A stretch of DNA of 64,000 bases from Takakia lepidozioides. Taxonomy: Eukaryota > Plantae > Bryophyta. Below the pieces are notes generated by a model, which saw nothing but the letters and a program-made list of their open reading frames with translations, was not told where the DNA came from and did not search any database. Made by a program: the position numbers and the translations under genes. Below are positions 1-13,500 of the stretch, piece by piece. How positions within the stretch are numbered: the stretch's first letter is position 1; each line of letters begins with the position of its first letter. The stretch is taken from contig CM060731.1 of NCBI GenBank assembly GCA_030704615.1, positions 32,674,001-32,738,000 of the forward strand. Direction: 5' to 3'.

Positions 1-3000
1 ATGAGGTTCATTGAGTGGCAGGGCCGTTCCTGATGCAATGGCTTCTTGCCACAAAGTATCCACATTGTAGGGGTTGTCACCAGCAGATGCCCCGTGTTGT
101 GTAGCTTTGTCAGCTTGTGCTGATTCATCATCTTGTCCTGCCAAACCAGTCACATCTTGTTGAGAGCGTAAACCATTACTGAAGACAAGAGTGTCACCGA
201 TAGGCTCTTCCCTTCCCTCTTCCTGGGATCTCAATCCAGAAGCATCCCCTGCTTCAACAAAGTGATCATTGGCAACAGTGCCCAGAAGTTGGCCGCCAAC
301 TTCAGGCACAGTTGCCAAACCAGTGTCTCCAGAGAGTACACCATTATTGAAGATAGGTGTGTCATGGACAGGCTCTTCCCTTCCATCCTCCTGGGATGTT
401 AATCCAGAAGCATCCGCAGCAACTAGGGAACCTAAGCGGTCATTGGCAACAGGGCCCAAAAGTTGGCTGCCAACTTCAGGAACAGTTGCCATACCTACTG
501 CCTCGGCCAAAGCTGTGAAAGTGGCAACATTCTCTTGCTTACTAGCCTCGGGTTTAGACTCCTCTGTGGCACCCTCCTCCAGAGGAGAGGCAGCTGTAGA
601 GCAAGTACCATTGTCTTCAGACTCCACAGAAGTCTCACAATTTCCTCTCCACATCAAAATGGATTCTTTTTCAAATGAAAGTAGCACGCATGGCACCAAG
701 TCCTGAATTCCCAAACCACACCAAAGAGCCCGTCAGCTCTTGTTCACTGTCGTCTTTAAACGAAGAACTTAAACATTGACTAAAATAAATGGATGACACA
801 ATACTATAGGGCAAGGAATCTGATGGCTGCTCTCTGGGGCACAGTAGCTCAGTACAGACCCATCACTGAGCCAGTTTGTAGGATCCTTCCAAAGACAATG
901 ATCCAGCTTTTCTGGGGAACACACACCATGATTGACCATTCAGTACCTTAGACTCTTACAAACAAGAGTTAATAGGATGGGGATGTACCCTGAGTTTGGC
1001 ACCGATTTTCTTGTAGTCACTGGGATTGAGGCCTGTGCAGTCAACACGCACCAACTCGTCCACCTCAAAGGCATCCTTCACATCCCTGACCAAATTCAGG
1101 TACACCCCATTCTTTCCTGTATCCCGCCCTTTCTAGTCATTGTCACCAAAAACCTCCTCCGCCAAATCAAAGGGACAATCTCAACCTAGATGCAGCTTCA
1201 TTACACATAGGCAAGCCAATAGTTTGCATGATGCCAAAAGCCTGTCACACTGCATAGCTATCTCAATCACCAGTTACTTGCTTTAAGGACAGTGATAAGT
1301 GGGCCCCACAAGACAAACCCAGAAACCAGTAGCCTAATAATAAAGCTTGCAAGATTGTGGACTGTATCCCACAGTGCATAACAACGGAGACGAGAAGTTG
1401 TGGACATGCAGTGCATGTTCGCAGAAGCACATACCCAACTTACAGACAGGTGGCAGTTTTTTGCCACGTTTCCGCATGAAGTCAGCCACCTCCTTTGTCA
1501 ATCCTCCAGGGTCTGGTTGAATGAGCTTTGGGTAGATGGGCGCTGGTGGCTTCCAGAGCATGAGCGGTATTCTAGGACGGTCTTTATAGTTGTAATTGCG
1601 CCCTCGGAATAGATATACCACGCCTCCATGGCGCTGTATGATTTTGCCACCTGTCTTCTCCTGCCCACCACCAGCTTATCTATTTGACACTTTCCCTCTA
1701 GTTCATGTACCCAAAGACACCCTACACACTGAAACTCTCCCTCTCTGGTTTCTGTGGGTTACCATCTTTCTTCCTTCCTTCTTGCTCTCCATACCACCCT
1801 TCTGTCAGTGCATGCTAGGAATCACTGCATTCGAACTGAAGTGGTTCACCAAACTCTGTACGTGTAGTTGCTCTAGCGAAGTTAGCTAAATGGGTAAGGC
1901 CTGCCAAGGGAGACCCTGACAGATTGTTATATATTGTTTGATGATTTGTTTTCTGACATCGGTCCAAAGCATACGTCACAAAATAATAACACTAGCTTAT
2001 AATCAGTGTCTGCAAGCATTTTGTGACTTTGTGGGCAGTGGGAGTTGAATCTCTCTCACACTGTCATTTACACCAACAGTAGGAAACTGGATCCCATATT
2101 GGATGCTAGATCAACTCCAGAATCTGCACAAGGAGGTGTCATGGGTCACTTTACACTTCCTAAAGCCAGAAATAAAGGCTGCTCACAACTTCATCGTGAC
2201 ACATGCTAAGGGCAAGTGTTTGGACAATATGTAGTTTGTTACTTGGCACACCTGATATTCTATCGGCAAACCTGAGTAGCAGGCCCTCTTAAGGAAAACA
2301 TTCCAAGATTCTCAGTTTTGTTATATCCTTGCTCAGATTGGGCAAGGGAACACCTCAGTCTGGATGTGGTCATGTTGCACTGGAAATGACATGAATGGAA
2401 CATGGCTAAATAATTAAGATGGTGCCCTTTCAAAACCTACCTGTCCAGGTTCTCCATAATGGATGTTAAGCTATGCTTTTAGGGATATGACATGAACTGA
2501 AGTACTGTGTTAAATGGAGGCAAAGCCAAGTAACATTGAGTCTACAATTCATCCTCTACTGGACAGTAAACGTATTGATGTTGGAATACATGAATGATTA
2601 TATCAGGTTAGATATACAAGGTTGAGAGTGGTGTAATGCCTGATTCGATAATCGGAATTACTGGATCAGCTTGTAGAAAGCCTGAAAAGTCCTACATAAA
2701 GGTAATAATCTACAAGGAAGGTCTGTAGAAAAGTGAGAAGCAATAAAGAAATTAGCAAACCTCCAGCTTCTGGCAGACATTGTCCATATCCACAGTGGGC
2801 ACACCCTTACATTTGACCTTTGCGCAACGTCGTCGTTTCCAGTGTGTGTGTATCAAGTCAAGCATGTTGTGAGTTAATCCGTCCCTCCCTACAAGCAAAG
2901 CACACACCCTCCTCATTACACGCTTTTTACATCTTCCTTCCTGGCTATTGTCCATCCTCACCACCTCCTTGACCTTGCACACCTTGAGCTCTAAAACCTT

Positions 3001-4344
3001 AACCCTGATCAGAAGTCCGATGAGTACTTAGGACCACAATAGACCCTTTGAATTAACCCATCCCACACTTCTCTTCAGCACCATCCATTAGATATGGACC
3101 ACCCTTCCAACTCAAACTCTCTCTCTCTCTGCTGAGTGATGCTTGTGTGAAGGGCTTTCTAGAGGATAACTGGAAAGCCTGTACTTATTGTTTATACCAA
3201 GGGAAGTCCCACTACCGAAGGCCTCACAAAGGTTATTGTCTGTTCCCCTTTGTTCGGCTCCAACTGGGCGCGGCGTCTAGGGCCACAAGGCTACTGCAAA
3301 CATTTCTCTCTCTCAGTCTCTCTCTTTTTCTCTCCCTGTCCTCTAGGAAGCCTATTGCCATTGGAGAAGGGAAACCCACTTTTGTTTCTTTCTTGGATGT
3401 CAAAAAGGCCTATGACACAGAACGTATGTCCAACATCAGATATCCTAAGTTAATCGACTCTATATCTTGGAAGCAGGATTGCCCTGTCGAACAGGCTTGA
3501 GTCCTGGCGGAAGAGAGTAGAAGAGATTCTCAAGGATGAAAAATGCAGTAAGGCAGAAAACTTCCCTGAACTTGTTTCCAGTCTGTGACATGTGGGAGGA
3601 CATAATGGATGACCTCGAGGGTCTACCCACTCTCGGCACTAGACTGAAATTTAAACTCAGGGAGGGAAGCCTACCTTTGAACAGCAAACAGAAGAGAGGA
3701 AAGGGAGAGTGCAATTGCCCATTGTGTGGGCAACCTGAAGACAATATTCATTTTCTGATTCATTGTCCGGGGTTCTCTCACCAGAGAGACGCTTTCTTCA
3801 AATCTATCACTGTGCTTGTACCTCTGTTTACCAACTTTGGAAGTCTTGAGGCTGAGCCAAAAGCCCAGGCCCTTTTGGGGCCTACTTATTGGGCAAACCA
3901 CACAGCAGGTTGATGCTTGTGTAAAGGGATTTCTAGAGGACATCTGGAAAACCCCAATCAATTGTTTATTCCAAGGTAAGTCTTACTACCGGCGTCGGCC
4001 CCTGATAAAGGTAGGTTCTGCCCCTTTGTGTTCCGCTCAAACTGGGCATGGGGTCAATGGCCACAAGGCTGCGGCAAACAACGTCTTATGAGTACATTCT
4101 TTCTTTTACTGGAAACATTTGCCGTAGCCCATAGATCCTGCACCAAATTTGGGCGAAACAAAAGGGAACAGATACGACCTTTGTGAGGGGCTTACCCCGG
4201 TAGTGTGACTTACCTTGATTGAGAATTAGTTGGATTTTCCAGATATCCTCTAGAAAGCCCCAAACACAAGCATCAATTTGCTGTGTGTGAGCTGCCCAGC
4301 AATTAGACCCCAACAGGGCCAGGGGTTTAGGCTCAGCCCAGAGG

Positions 4345-4381
<37 letters not shown>

Positions 4382-6612
4382 TACTCATGAAACAACCCCT
4401 TTCTACCAGCAGCATATCCCTGTTCGAAAAATAACGAAGAAAGGAAGCCAAAGGTGGGAAATGAGAAAACAAGAGAGCTACCAAGATTGATCTGGCGGTT
4501 GGAGTGGCAGGAACTCTCAATCAGCTCTTTGACTTCTGCTGTTGTTAGGGGCTCCCCAATAACATCTTCTCTTGTCCTTGCCTGTTTTGGGGTCTGTCCC
4601 TCTGGGTAAGGCCCTGGAGCCTGCACAGGTTTCACGCCCTTCTTATTTTTCGGAGGAAGTACGAATGAGTCGAATTCTGGCAGTTTCTTCTTGCTCGGAT
4701 TGAGAGGTGCCCTTCCTGTCCATGGTCTTGGCATTGTTGTGGGGCCGAATGGGGAATAAGGTGGTTCACGATATCCAACTGGTGGCATTTTTGGGGTTTC
4801 TGTGTAACTGAACTGGTACTCAAATGGCAGTTCTCTAGGTAAGGGCACCGCTGCATCATCCTTTGATGGGGAAGAGGAAGAAGAGGAAGGAGCAGGTCCA
4901 GAAATATCAGAAATATCTGCTGGGAGGTGGCTAGCAGATGGGGAAGATAGATTGGTGGGCAGTGAAGATGTATCCATTTCTCTTGTAGGTGACAATGGAG
5001 TTGCGGTGGAGGCTGGACTGGACTGGGGTTTTTTCTTGTAAGCTGGCTTGGGCTCAACCTTTTGAGAATACTTGGAGAACTTGCCAGGTATAGATGGTCG
5101 AGATGGAATGGAATGTGACCCTGTGGACCTGGCTAAATACTGGGCACTACTTTGAAAGGGGAAGGCTGATATGCTACCTGCATCCATTGAATCCTTTGCC
5201 TGGGTTCCACGGGGTGCAGGCATGACTCTCCGAGTCTGTAAATTTGGAGTTGATGGGGGATTTGAGAAAGGATTAAATGGTGTCTCTGAGACCATACTTG
5301 GAGATGCTACAAAGGGGACTTCATATGAGGGAGGGTGTGTCGAAGAAGTTCCAGTACGGGATAAGAAGGTCTCATTCCTGCTTTCAGGTCTAGTATAGGA
5401 GCCAGAGGATGAGACAGGCGCCTCGGAAGAGGAGTAAACCTGAGAAGAAGAGGATCGCTCACTTTGCCACAAAGAGGAGGGCCTTCCAGGAGAAAGTGGT
5501 GGGCTGCCCGTATTAGTTCCCGGTTTTTGTTGAGAAATTGGTTGCTCATACTGCCCAATCGTTGCCCGTGATTTCTCGAAGGAACTTTTGAACTGAGACT
5601 CCACATTGCTTCCCCTGTCCACATACGATGTTGACGGCTGATCTGTGATTTCCCCGGAGAACTTGGCAGCCAGGAAAGCAGTCAGACTCTGCTTTGTCTC
5701 CTCCCTCTGCACTGGTGATGATGTGAAAGGGACGTTCTTTTCTCTCTGTATTCCGCTGCTCTCGAACGGCTTTGGCATCTCTCCTCCTATAGGGCTTTCA
5801 CTGCCGCCCATAGCGTAATCATCCCTTCCTTTTCTCATATCTTTCCCTCTCTCTCTGTCGTGCAGACTCAGCCACTCACTCTTCTGAACATAAAGTGCAG
5901 GGCTGCTATTACCTGTATTTTCTCCTTGCTGTTGGGAAAATTCCCGTCCTTCGTCTCTGTCTGACTGTCCCTCACCTGTCCGCAGCCATGACCATGACTT
6001 TTCACCCTTCGAACCCCAATCTCGTTTACTGGGGACACTCGCTTCACTCCTCACCCCCCCACCACGACTATAATCTCCCAAAATTGCCCTCTTATTTCTA
6101 GCAGCCCACTGGGCTTCCTCGCCATTGCGCCATTCCCTGCTATCAAAATTCCTATCTGGAGGTTCTCGTCTCCAAATTTCTGTGTGGCGATCACCTCCCC
6201 TATGATCATGTGCAAGGCTTTCATTCCCCACATCCCGCTCCATCAGCCCAGGCCCTTCCGATGAAGGCTTGCTAGATTGGTCATTTGGTGTATCGCTAAC
6301 AACACCAGTACTTCTCCAGCTGGAACTCCTACTCTGTCCAAGATTTGAAATCCTAGTCTCTGCATCTCTGCTCTCCCATTCTGTAGGCCCGGATATTACT
6401 GCACCCAAATTTCTGCGTGTATCTCTGTCAGCTCTACTGAGATCTCCAGTAATGAATTCAGCAGCAGAACCGGACCAAGCACTTGATCTAGATAGACGAG
6501 GAATAGACAGACGACCGCACCTCCTCAATATGGGGGGTGTGAGACCTGGTTGAAGAGGGTGAGGCACACGCAAGCCCGCATGCGGGCAGTGCAATGACAC
6601 ACAAGAGGCCAT
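1..6612 (-). CDS. CAF1: CRS2-associated factor (CAF1/CAF2-like), two-CRM-domain group II intron splicing factor, probably plastid; 3' end outside window. Exons 6612-4482, 2888-2761, 1660-1435, 1116-989, 702-<1
   Basis: GT-AG, phase-consistent splicing gives [116 protein letters not shown], plus [22 protein letters not shown], all typical of the CAF family. Transit-peptide-like N-terminus. Confidence 0.9.
140..495 (-). repeat. In-frame ~170-bp (57-58 aa) tandem duplication in the last visible CAF exon
   Basis: Two copies of G(M/L)ATVPEVG(S/G)QLLG(P/T)VAND...DASGL(T/R)SQE(D/E)GREEP, offset by 168-174 nt. Confidence 0.85.
3135..4105 (+). mobile_element. Two stacked fragments of a non-LTR retrotransposon (LINE; RTEX/L2-like 3' end) in CAF intron 1
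   Basis: RT motif remnant [17 protein letters not shown] joined to a C-terminal CCHC finger [18 protein letters not shown]. Shared tail ...ACGTCTTATGAGTACATTCT or (TC)n. Confidence 0.75.
4112..4400 (-). mobile_element. Same LINE family 3' fragment in inverted orientation, plus a tail stub with (GA)n
   Basis: Reverse complement of 3862-4085 ([34 protein letters not shown]). GAGAGAGAATGTACTCAT at ~4372-4389. Confidence 0.75.
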
Positions 6613-6714
6613 TCCTCCACCACCATACCATCACACTACCCCTCAAGTCTGGAAGGCAGGAATCCTGGGCATCTCTCTCTCTCTCTCTCTCTCCCACAAA
6701 AGCCCATTGCAGCT

Positions 6715-7635
6715 AGCATGGTCACAGAAACACCCATATACTCTATGCCCTTTTTACCTTTTTGGTGTTGCAGGGTAAATACATTTTTGCTTACCGTCCG
6801 GTTAAGGGTAAATAGACTCAAATCAATCCTCCGATAAAGGGTAAATTATTGATATCCATTTATTTATCCTATTATTAAATTTGGCCAATTTAATACAACT
6901 CGCGTTCCTCCCTTATTTTACTGGACCCCTCCATCTCATTCCTTAATACACGTGGCCTTACTACATAAGCCCCCACTCTAATTCCTGGGCCACAGTAATT
7001 CCTGGACCACTCTAGAATGAACAGGGCCGAATGAAACTGCTCTACATATTTATATGTCCATTTATTTATCGTGCGGGGAAAGGGTAAGGGCCAATATTTT
7101 TCACCGGGTAAAGATAAATACCGAGTAAGGATAATTGATCTATCCTTTATATACTCATTGAATAAATAAAGGATATATAGAAGGGTATACAGTTTTTTTT
7201 GTTTGCAAATGCTCAACTCAAAAACATAATCAATTAATTAAGGTAACTTAATCAGTTTTTGGTGTACTTTTTGGTGTATCATGAGGCCGATTGTGTTAAA
7301 AAAAACAAAAACAAAAAAGTATCGTGTGTTGTGAGTGACAAGCTGAGGGCTTCGTCCTTAGGCATGAAAAAAAAATAATTTATTTACCCTTTTACTATTT
7401 ACCCTCTAAAAATATATATTTATGTATAGGTAAAGGGTATATGGAAATTATTTATCCTTCAGATTGGTAAGGGTAAGGTTATCTCAAATTATTTATCCGT
7501 CTGAAGGATAGGTAAGTGTAAGGATAACTGAAATGCTCCAACCCGGGTAAATCATTTATGCTATCATACGCATATACCAAAAAGAAAAAGGTGAACGCAA
7601 ATGGGCAAAAAGAAAAAAACAGTGTTGATCATGCT
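6715..7635. mobile_element. Old non-autonomous DNA transposon (hAT-like MITE) upstream of CAF
   Basis: Imperfect TIR AGCATGGTCA...TGATCATGCT, AT-rich interior with many GGGTAA/TTACCC motifs. Candidate TSD only partly matches (TTGCAGCT vs TTGCTTGT). Confidence 0.4.
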
Positions 7636-8082
7636 TTGCTTGTATCATATGTTTTCTTGCTTGTTTATCAAAACCCTCCATAGAAATGGACCGAGCTGGT
7701 TTTGCCGTCTTTCTATTAAAAACTGTGCAGTATTTAAGTCTAGAGTGAGGCACTTTGCTTGCAGACAAGAACCTTCAATAAGGGTTTAGTTTCCTTCTAA
7801 TCTTATGTGTCATTTCAGTGATGAAGAGACATCCACCTTGTTTGTGGTGGAAAGAACATAGACAATACATGCATTGAGATCATGTAGAAAGAAATGTTTG
7901 GCATAGTACACTTGAAATGAGAGACAAAAACATTTAATGCTTTACAGAATGAGTTCTAAAGCTTTCAACAACTTTATTTTAGGATTAACACAAGTGTTTA
8001 GTGCAATCTCGATGTCTCAATCCTATGAGGCCACAATTAGAGATCAAGAAAATTGTGGCCATTGTTCGATATAGGTTTGCTC

Positions 8083-8903
8083 CAGTGTTGGGCGGTTCTT
8101 GCATTTGTGAAGGAACCTTCGGTTCCGGTTCCACAATTATTTCAAGAGACGGTTCCGGATCCGGTTCCGGTTTTTTTTTATTGAGCCGGTTCCGGTCCGG
8201 TTCCGGATCCAACTTTTAAACATGGGGGCGGTTCCGGTTACCGGTTAGTTGCTGATAAAAACCATCAGTTCCGGTTAGGTTCCGGTTCTATTTTTAAAAT
8301 ATATTTGTTTAATTTAATTAGATTTAAAATATTTTATCAGTCCGGTAGATTAAATAGCAGTGTATTCACATATTTGAACTAAAATCCAATGATTTTGTTA
8401 GTTTTCACTAAACACAAAAAAGCAAACAAAAATACTCTAAATAAACTGGTAGAAGAAAATGGGTAAAATTTTATGGGTTGAAAGTACTATCCAGCTACCT
8501 GGCAAGTATTGGCATCTTCAAACATTTTATTAATGAACTTAGCCAGGATATCATGGAGCTGGAGATTGAACCCAAGATCTCATGGCGCAGAAGCATTGAA
8601 CATAGAATCTCATGGCCTTCAAGCATTGAACACAGGATCTCAGGAGTTTGAGAGCATTAAATAAGTTTTGCCCTGGGCCCACCAGCTCCACTAAGGGGTC
8701 AAGAACCGGAACCTGTTTTTACCCCCCTGTGCCCAGTTCTCGGGTTCTCACACCTAGCAGGAACCGCTGGTTCGGTTCTGCGCCGATCCCCATTGGCAGG
8801 TTCCGGTTCCGGGTCAGGTTATGTAGGAATGGGCCCGGTTCCGGTTAAACTGAACCTGAACCGGCGGTTAACCTGGGTCCCGGCGGGTAACCGCCCAACA
8901 CTG
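8083..8903. mobile_element. Non-autonomous hAT element (MITE)
   Basis: 15-bp perfect TIR CAGTGTTGGGCGGTT...AACCGCCCAACACTG. Perfect 8-bp TSD GTTTGCTC (8075-8082 and 8904-8911). Subterminal CCGGTT/GGTTCC motif clusters. Confidence 0.92.
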
Positions 8904-9094
8904 GTTTGCTCATGGATATTGCTACAAATATGGCTGATCATTTCAGGGTGCATCAACCATACAAAAGTTTGTTGATACTATTTGTGACATTCTAACTGAT
9001 AGAAATAAATCGTTCAAGAACTAAATTAGTATTCCTTCAGGAGCAATAGATCGCAGTCACCATCCTTTGGCCGAGCTTCCAAATAAAAGAGTCA

Positions 9095-9845
9095 CACTTG
9101 CAGTTAGTGATTTTTCCCATAGAAAAAAACAAAAAAACAACAACAACAACAACAATTGGTAGCTCAGTTGGATGGTGCACACTGCCACCCAGATGATTCT
9201 GGGTCAAATCCTCCTACCTTGATGGCTGTGGTATGCTTTTCTCCCCCTTCCCTTGGGCGGTGTCTCTTGCGAAAGCCTTCGCGGCAAGGTTACTCTGAAG
9301 GGGTTATTTTTTCCTCTCACTATAATTAAGGGGCCTGATTTGCCTGATTTGTGAGCCGTCGCTCCCATGTGTTTCCCTTTTCTTTAAAGAAAAAAAAAAA
9401 CCATAATATTGTGTTACAAGTTGTTTATGATGCAGACAAGAGATTTTGGAATGTATGTGTGGACCAACTAGAAAGGGTTCATGATGGTGTACGGTTCAAG
9501 ATCTCGAGTCTGTATAGACAATTGAGGACTCGTGACATTCTTCAAGAGCCAATGGTCACAATTGGAGGCATGAGATGCACTCCATATCTGATTGGAGATG
9601 CAGCTTATCATATCTGCACTCACCTGCAGAAGAATCGGAAAACCTCAATCCAACTGATATAGAGAAGATGAGATTTGACTCTAGCACGATCAAAAAGAGG
9701 GTGACAATAGAAAATGTTTTTGGATCTCTAAAAAGCAGATGGTGTACTCCGAAACATTTCAATTCTAGAGTTGATAGAGTTGCCAGAATTGCAGTTGTTT
9801 GTTGTGTCTTGCATAATAATTGCGAGCTATGGGGTGCTCCTGAGC
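9095..9845 (+). pseudogene. PIF/Harbinger (DDE_Tnp_4/HARBI1-like) transposase relic, frameshifted and interrupted by a SINE
   Basis: DFSHRK/KNHNIVLQVVYDADKRFWNV..VHD..YLIGDAAY, then in a shifted frame RVTIENVFGSLKSRW..VVCCVLHN. Confidence 0.85.
9157..9400 (+). mobile_element. tRNA-derived SINE
   Basis: A-box TGGTAGCTCAGTTGG and B-box-like GGGTCAAATCC at tRNA-like spacing, A-rich 3' tail. Splits the Harbinger RK/KNH motif, with A-rich direct repeats on both sides. Confidence 0.65.
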
Positions 9846-10527
9846 CAAGGAATACCTCCTCTGCTCCAGATTGTCACATTCAGGAGTTAAATGGAATGAC
9901 TCATTCCTCACCATTTGGGAGTCCACATGTGGACGGTGATGAGAGTGACTGAGGCTCGAAACACCTTACAGGGCGCAACTCGCATCTCGAAACGCTGGTG
10001 TAGTTTTCTATGTTTCCCCATGGGTATTGTCTCTCCCTGCTGCTAAGCTCTTACTCTTTTCATCATTCCTCCCTCCTAATTATCCTTGGCCTGCCCTATC
10101 CCTTTCGGTCTTAGGCACCTCATACTCTCACTCACAGCTTTGGCTAGGCTCTGGTACAGAGAGACCTCAGTCCCATCATGTGAATTTAATGAGGTGGTCA
10201 ACTGAGCTTTCAAGGCTCCGATTGGTGTGGTTTGCTGAGTTACGCTCCCTAGTCTTCCCTTCCTCCTAAGTTTTGCCCTAAGGACAGTTTGAGGCTTATT
10301 TAAGAAAAAATATAGATAAAATGAAAGAAAAGTAAACACTCGGGCAAGCTGACATCATTTTCAGCTTCGCTCTTTAAATCTCTAACAGCGACGGAAAGTG
10401 AGGTTTTGGGTAAGGAGATGCAGAGCATGGCCTTCTGTGTCCTTCTGTGTTGAAGAGCACGTCAAAGGTTTGGGTGCTGACAACAAGTTCTGATGGGGCA
10501 ATCTAGTTAGGGACTTGGGCAGTCAAG

Positions 10528-13500
10528 ATGGCAGCTTGGAGGCGAGCTCTTCTGCTCCATCCAAGGTTTTTCAGCAATGCTGTGTTTGTGGTAAGCAGCT
10601 GGCGGCTTCTTATGAGAAGAAGTTCGATGGTCTCACAAAAGCTACCTCACACTGCTGATTGCAGCAGTGTCTTTCCATCCAAGATGCTAGATTTCGATGT
10701 ATGTGTGTTGGGCCATAACTGTATCCTATCATAGAAGGGGAAAAAGACAACCTTTTACCTTTTATAGTACTAAGTACGTGCATGAATTTGCTCGTGTACA
10801 AAAGCTCTTTAACAGATGGAGCAAAATCTGTGTTGCCCCCCTCACCTCGAGGGCGGATATACCTGCACATTGTAGGTGAGAGCGACGCTTCATTTGAATA
10901 AGGTCTTTGTGAATCATCGAGAGTCTTTGCCTTGTGTGTTTTGGAAGGCCGACTTTGTAAGGAAGGGATTGTTTGATTGCAAAGAATGTGAGTGATTCTG
11001 AGGGTGAAATTGGCATGGCAGGCAGGGGGGCACCATCACTACTGTTATGATGGCACTCGCCGGGGATTTTCGCGACACAGTGCGAGGGCTCAATATGATG
11101 CAGGCCAGCCTACTCACGGAACACATCCTGAGGTATCTGTCCCTTTTTGTCGTGGGTTTAGTCTGCTCCCTGGACATGACCCAGTTTAGATTTGTGAAAA
11201 ATCTTATCTCTTACCTTACTTGTCTTCAGAATAGACTTAGCTAGTGTCTTAAGATTGTCTTCAAAAGATTGATTCCAAAGAGACAAGAATCGAGCAATGT
11301 TTTGTGGCCTTCTTGCCAACTTGACCAGCCACCTAAGGTCAGGCTTTTAGCAGGTTGCTGTGCTCTGTGTGCAGCTGTGTTCATAGGTTCTCCTATAGTC
11401 TTAGGATTGGAAGTCTGGGAGATGTGTGAATGTGGATCCTGTGCCGTTCTGGGATGCAGCAGAGGAGAGCTAAATGGGACTCAGTATCTTTGCAGAAGGC
11501 TTGTTCCTGATGGGACTTAGGAAGATAGAGAGAGAATTTTCAGGCTTTGAGCTTGCCCCATCCCACTTTTGGCACACTCTGTTCGTAGCGTTTTGTTTGT
11601 ATCCCGGCAGGTGTTTAAGCATCTGGATTTCAACAAATATGGCAGTCACACATTATTTGGCATACACGTAGGAAAGTCATCGAGGATTGTCATGACAAAG
11701 GCATGATTGGGTTGGAATGGTTGGAAGGATGGCAGCTACTCTCAGCAGGGGAGATCTTGCCGGGCATTGCTATTGCAGAGTTTGCAGAGAGAAGAAAAGC
11801 ACTACGGTCATATCTTCCCACAGAAAGCTTAGTCATACTGGGATCGGCCTCTGTGAAACAAAAGACAGAGGTAGTGCCATATCCATTCCGACAAGATACT
11901 GATTACCTCTACTTCACGGGATGTCAGCAGCCCAGCGGCCTTGCAGTGCTTAATGACCAATCCGATTTGTGCATGTTTATGCCTGATCATGATACTCAGG
12001 TGCGCTTTGTGAGTTTATATTGATTCTTACTTCTTTCCTTGTACCCAAAGAGATACTGCACCGGAACATGGGTCGTTGAACAACTTTTTAGGCTTGGGAA
12101 TGTCATTTTCCTCCCAATCATGAGCCCCATGGAAGTATGTCTGCCTGTGAAATGTTGTTTTCATTTATGTTGTATGATTTGCCAGATCATTGGATTATGG
12201 CTGTGCCGTACCCAGTCTTTTACCTCAGATTGATATGATGGTATATAAGAACCAACTTCTTTGGCAACAACAGCACTGGTGGGGGGCTTTAGATGGTTTC
12301 ACTTCTCCCCTATGGGAAGTATGTGAAGTTCTTGAGAGCATAGAGTGTGGAAGGAGGTGATCTGATGGTTTTCCTCTTCAAATTAGTATTTTGCTAGCTT
12401 ATTCAGAGGCATAGATGGATGTTGATTCCTGTAGTGTGAAATGTGCACTGTTTGGCAGACGGAGGCATGGGCGGGGCCCTCTGCAGGCACAGAGGATGCT
12501 GTAAATGTGTTTGGAGCAGACCGCTCTTATACCCTGCGACTGCTTCCTGAGGTACCTTCCCTCATGTGGACATGCATGTTTACTTCTGACCCATTCTGCA
12601 TTAGATTTTCATGCTAATAAATTGCATGCCATCTGACTATGTGGATGGAGTAGAAGGGAGGAGAAGGGCAGTGGGAAGGTAGCGGTTTCTTACAGTGTGG
12701 TGGGACTGCAGTATTTATCAGCTATGATACTGCAAGCAAAGTCAGTCTATGGTGACATCGGGTTGCTAAGTCCACTGCTGAGGGAGCTACCAGCCTTCCA
12801 GGATGCCAATAGGCAGGGTAAAGTACGGAGCTTGAGTAGGTACTCTCATTTAGTCCGCTGGATCAAGTCACCTTCAGAGCTTAAGCTTATGCGGCAGGCT
12901 GCAGCCATCACATGCCAGGTTCGGTTAGGGCACATATCACCCTCTTTCCTTCTTGTTCATGCAAGTTAGAGAATCCAGTTCTTTGGCATCAGGTTTGTAT
13001 GGTCATCCCAAAGTCTGCCTCATATGGTGATTTGCTCATTATCTAGAGAGAATTAGACGCAATCCACAGTGCAGATTAGGGAGATTTGTGGCCAAGGTGG
13101 CCAAGGATAGGAAGGGCAGAAGTGGCTAACATACTTCTGCCATGCAAAGTATCCTGAAGACATCTCATTGCTAGTTGGACAGGCAATGCTACGGAGCATG
13201 CAAGTTTCCAAGGTGTGGCGTCACGAGCATTTGCTCGCAGCGACGGTGGAATATGAGTGTAAGATAAGGGGAGCCCAATCTATGGCGTAAGGATGTCTCT
13301 CCTTTCCTCTCGCACACCATTGTCAAATATTTCCAATTAGAGGAGGGCCATATCAGCTGGGCTGGAGTACATGTCCAATTTTTAAAGATGACATCAATAC
13401 AGTGTCTACTTCAGAAGATGCTTGATTCCACATGTCTGGTTTGTTGTTGGTTCAGCACCGGTTATTGCTGAGCCTTAAATACCCTGGCTGTTTGAACTCC

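Noticed and set aside
835-870. tRNA/SINE A-box (GTAGCTCAGT)
   Set aside because: No convincing B-box, cloverleaf or tail.
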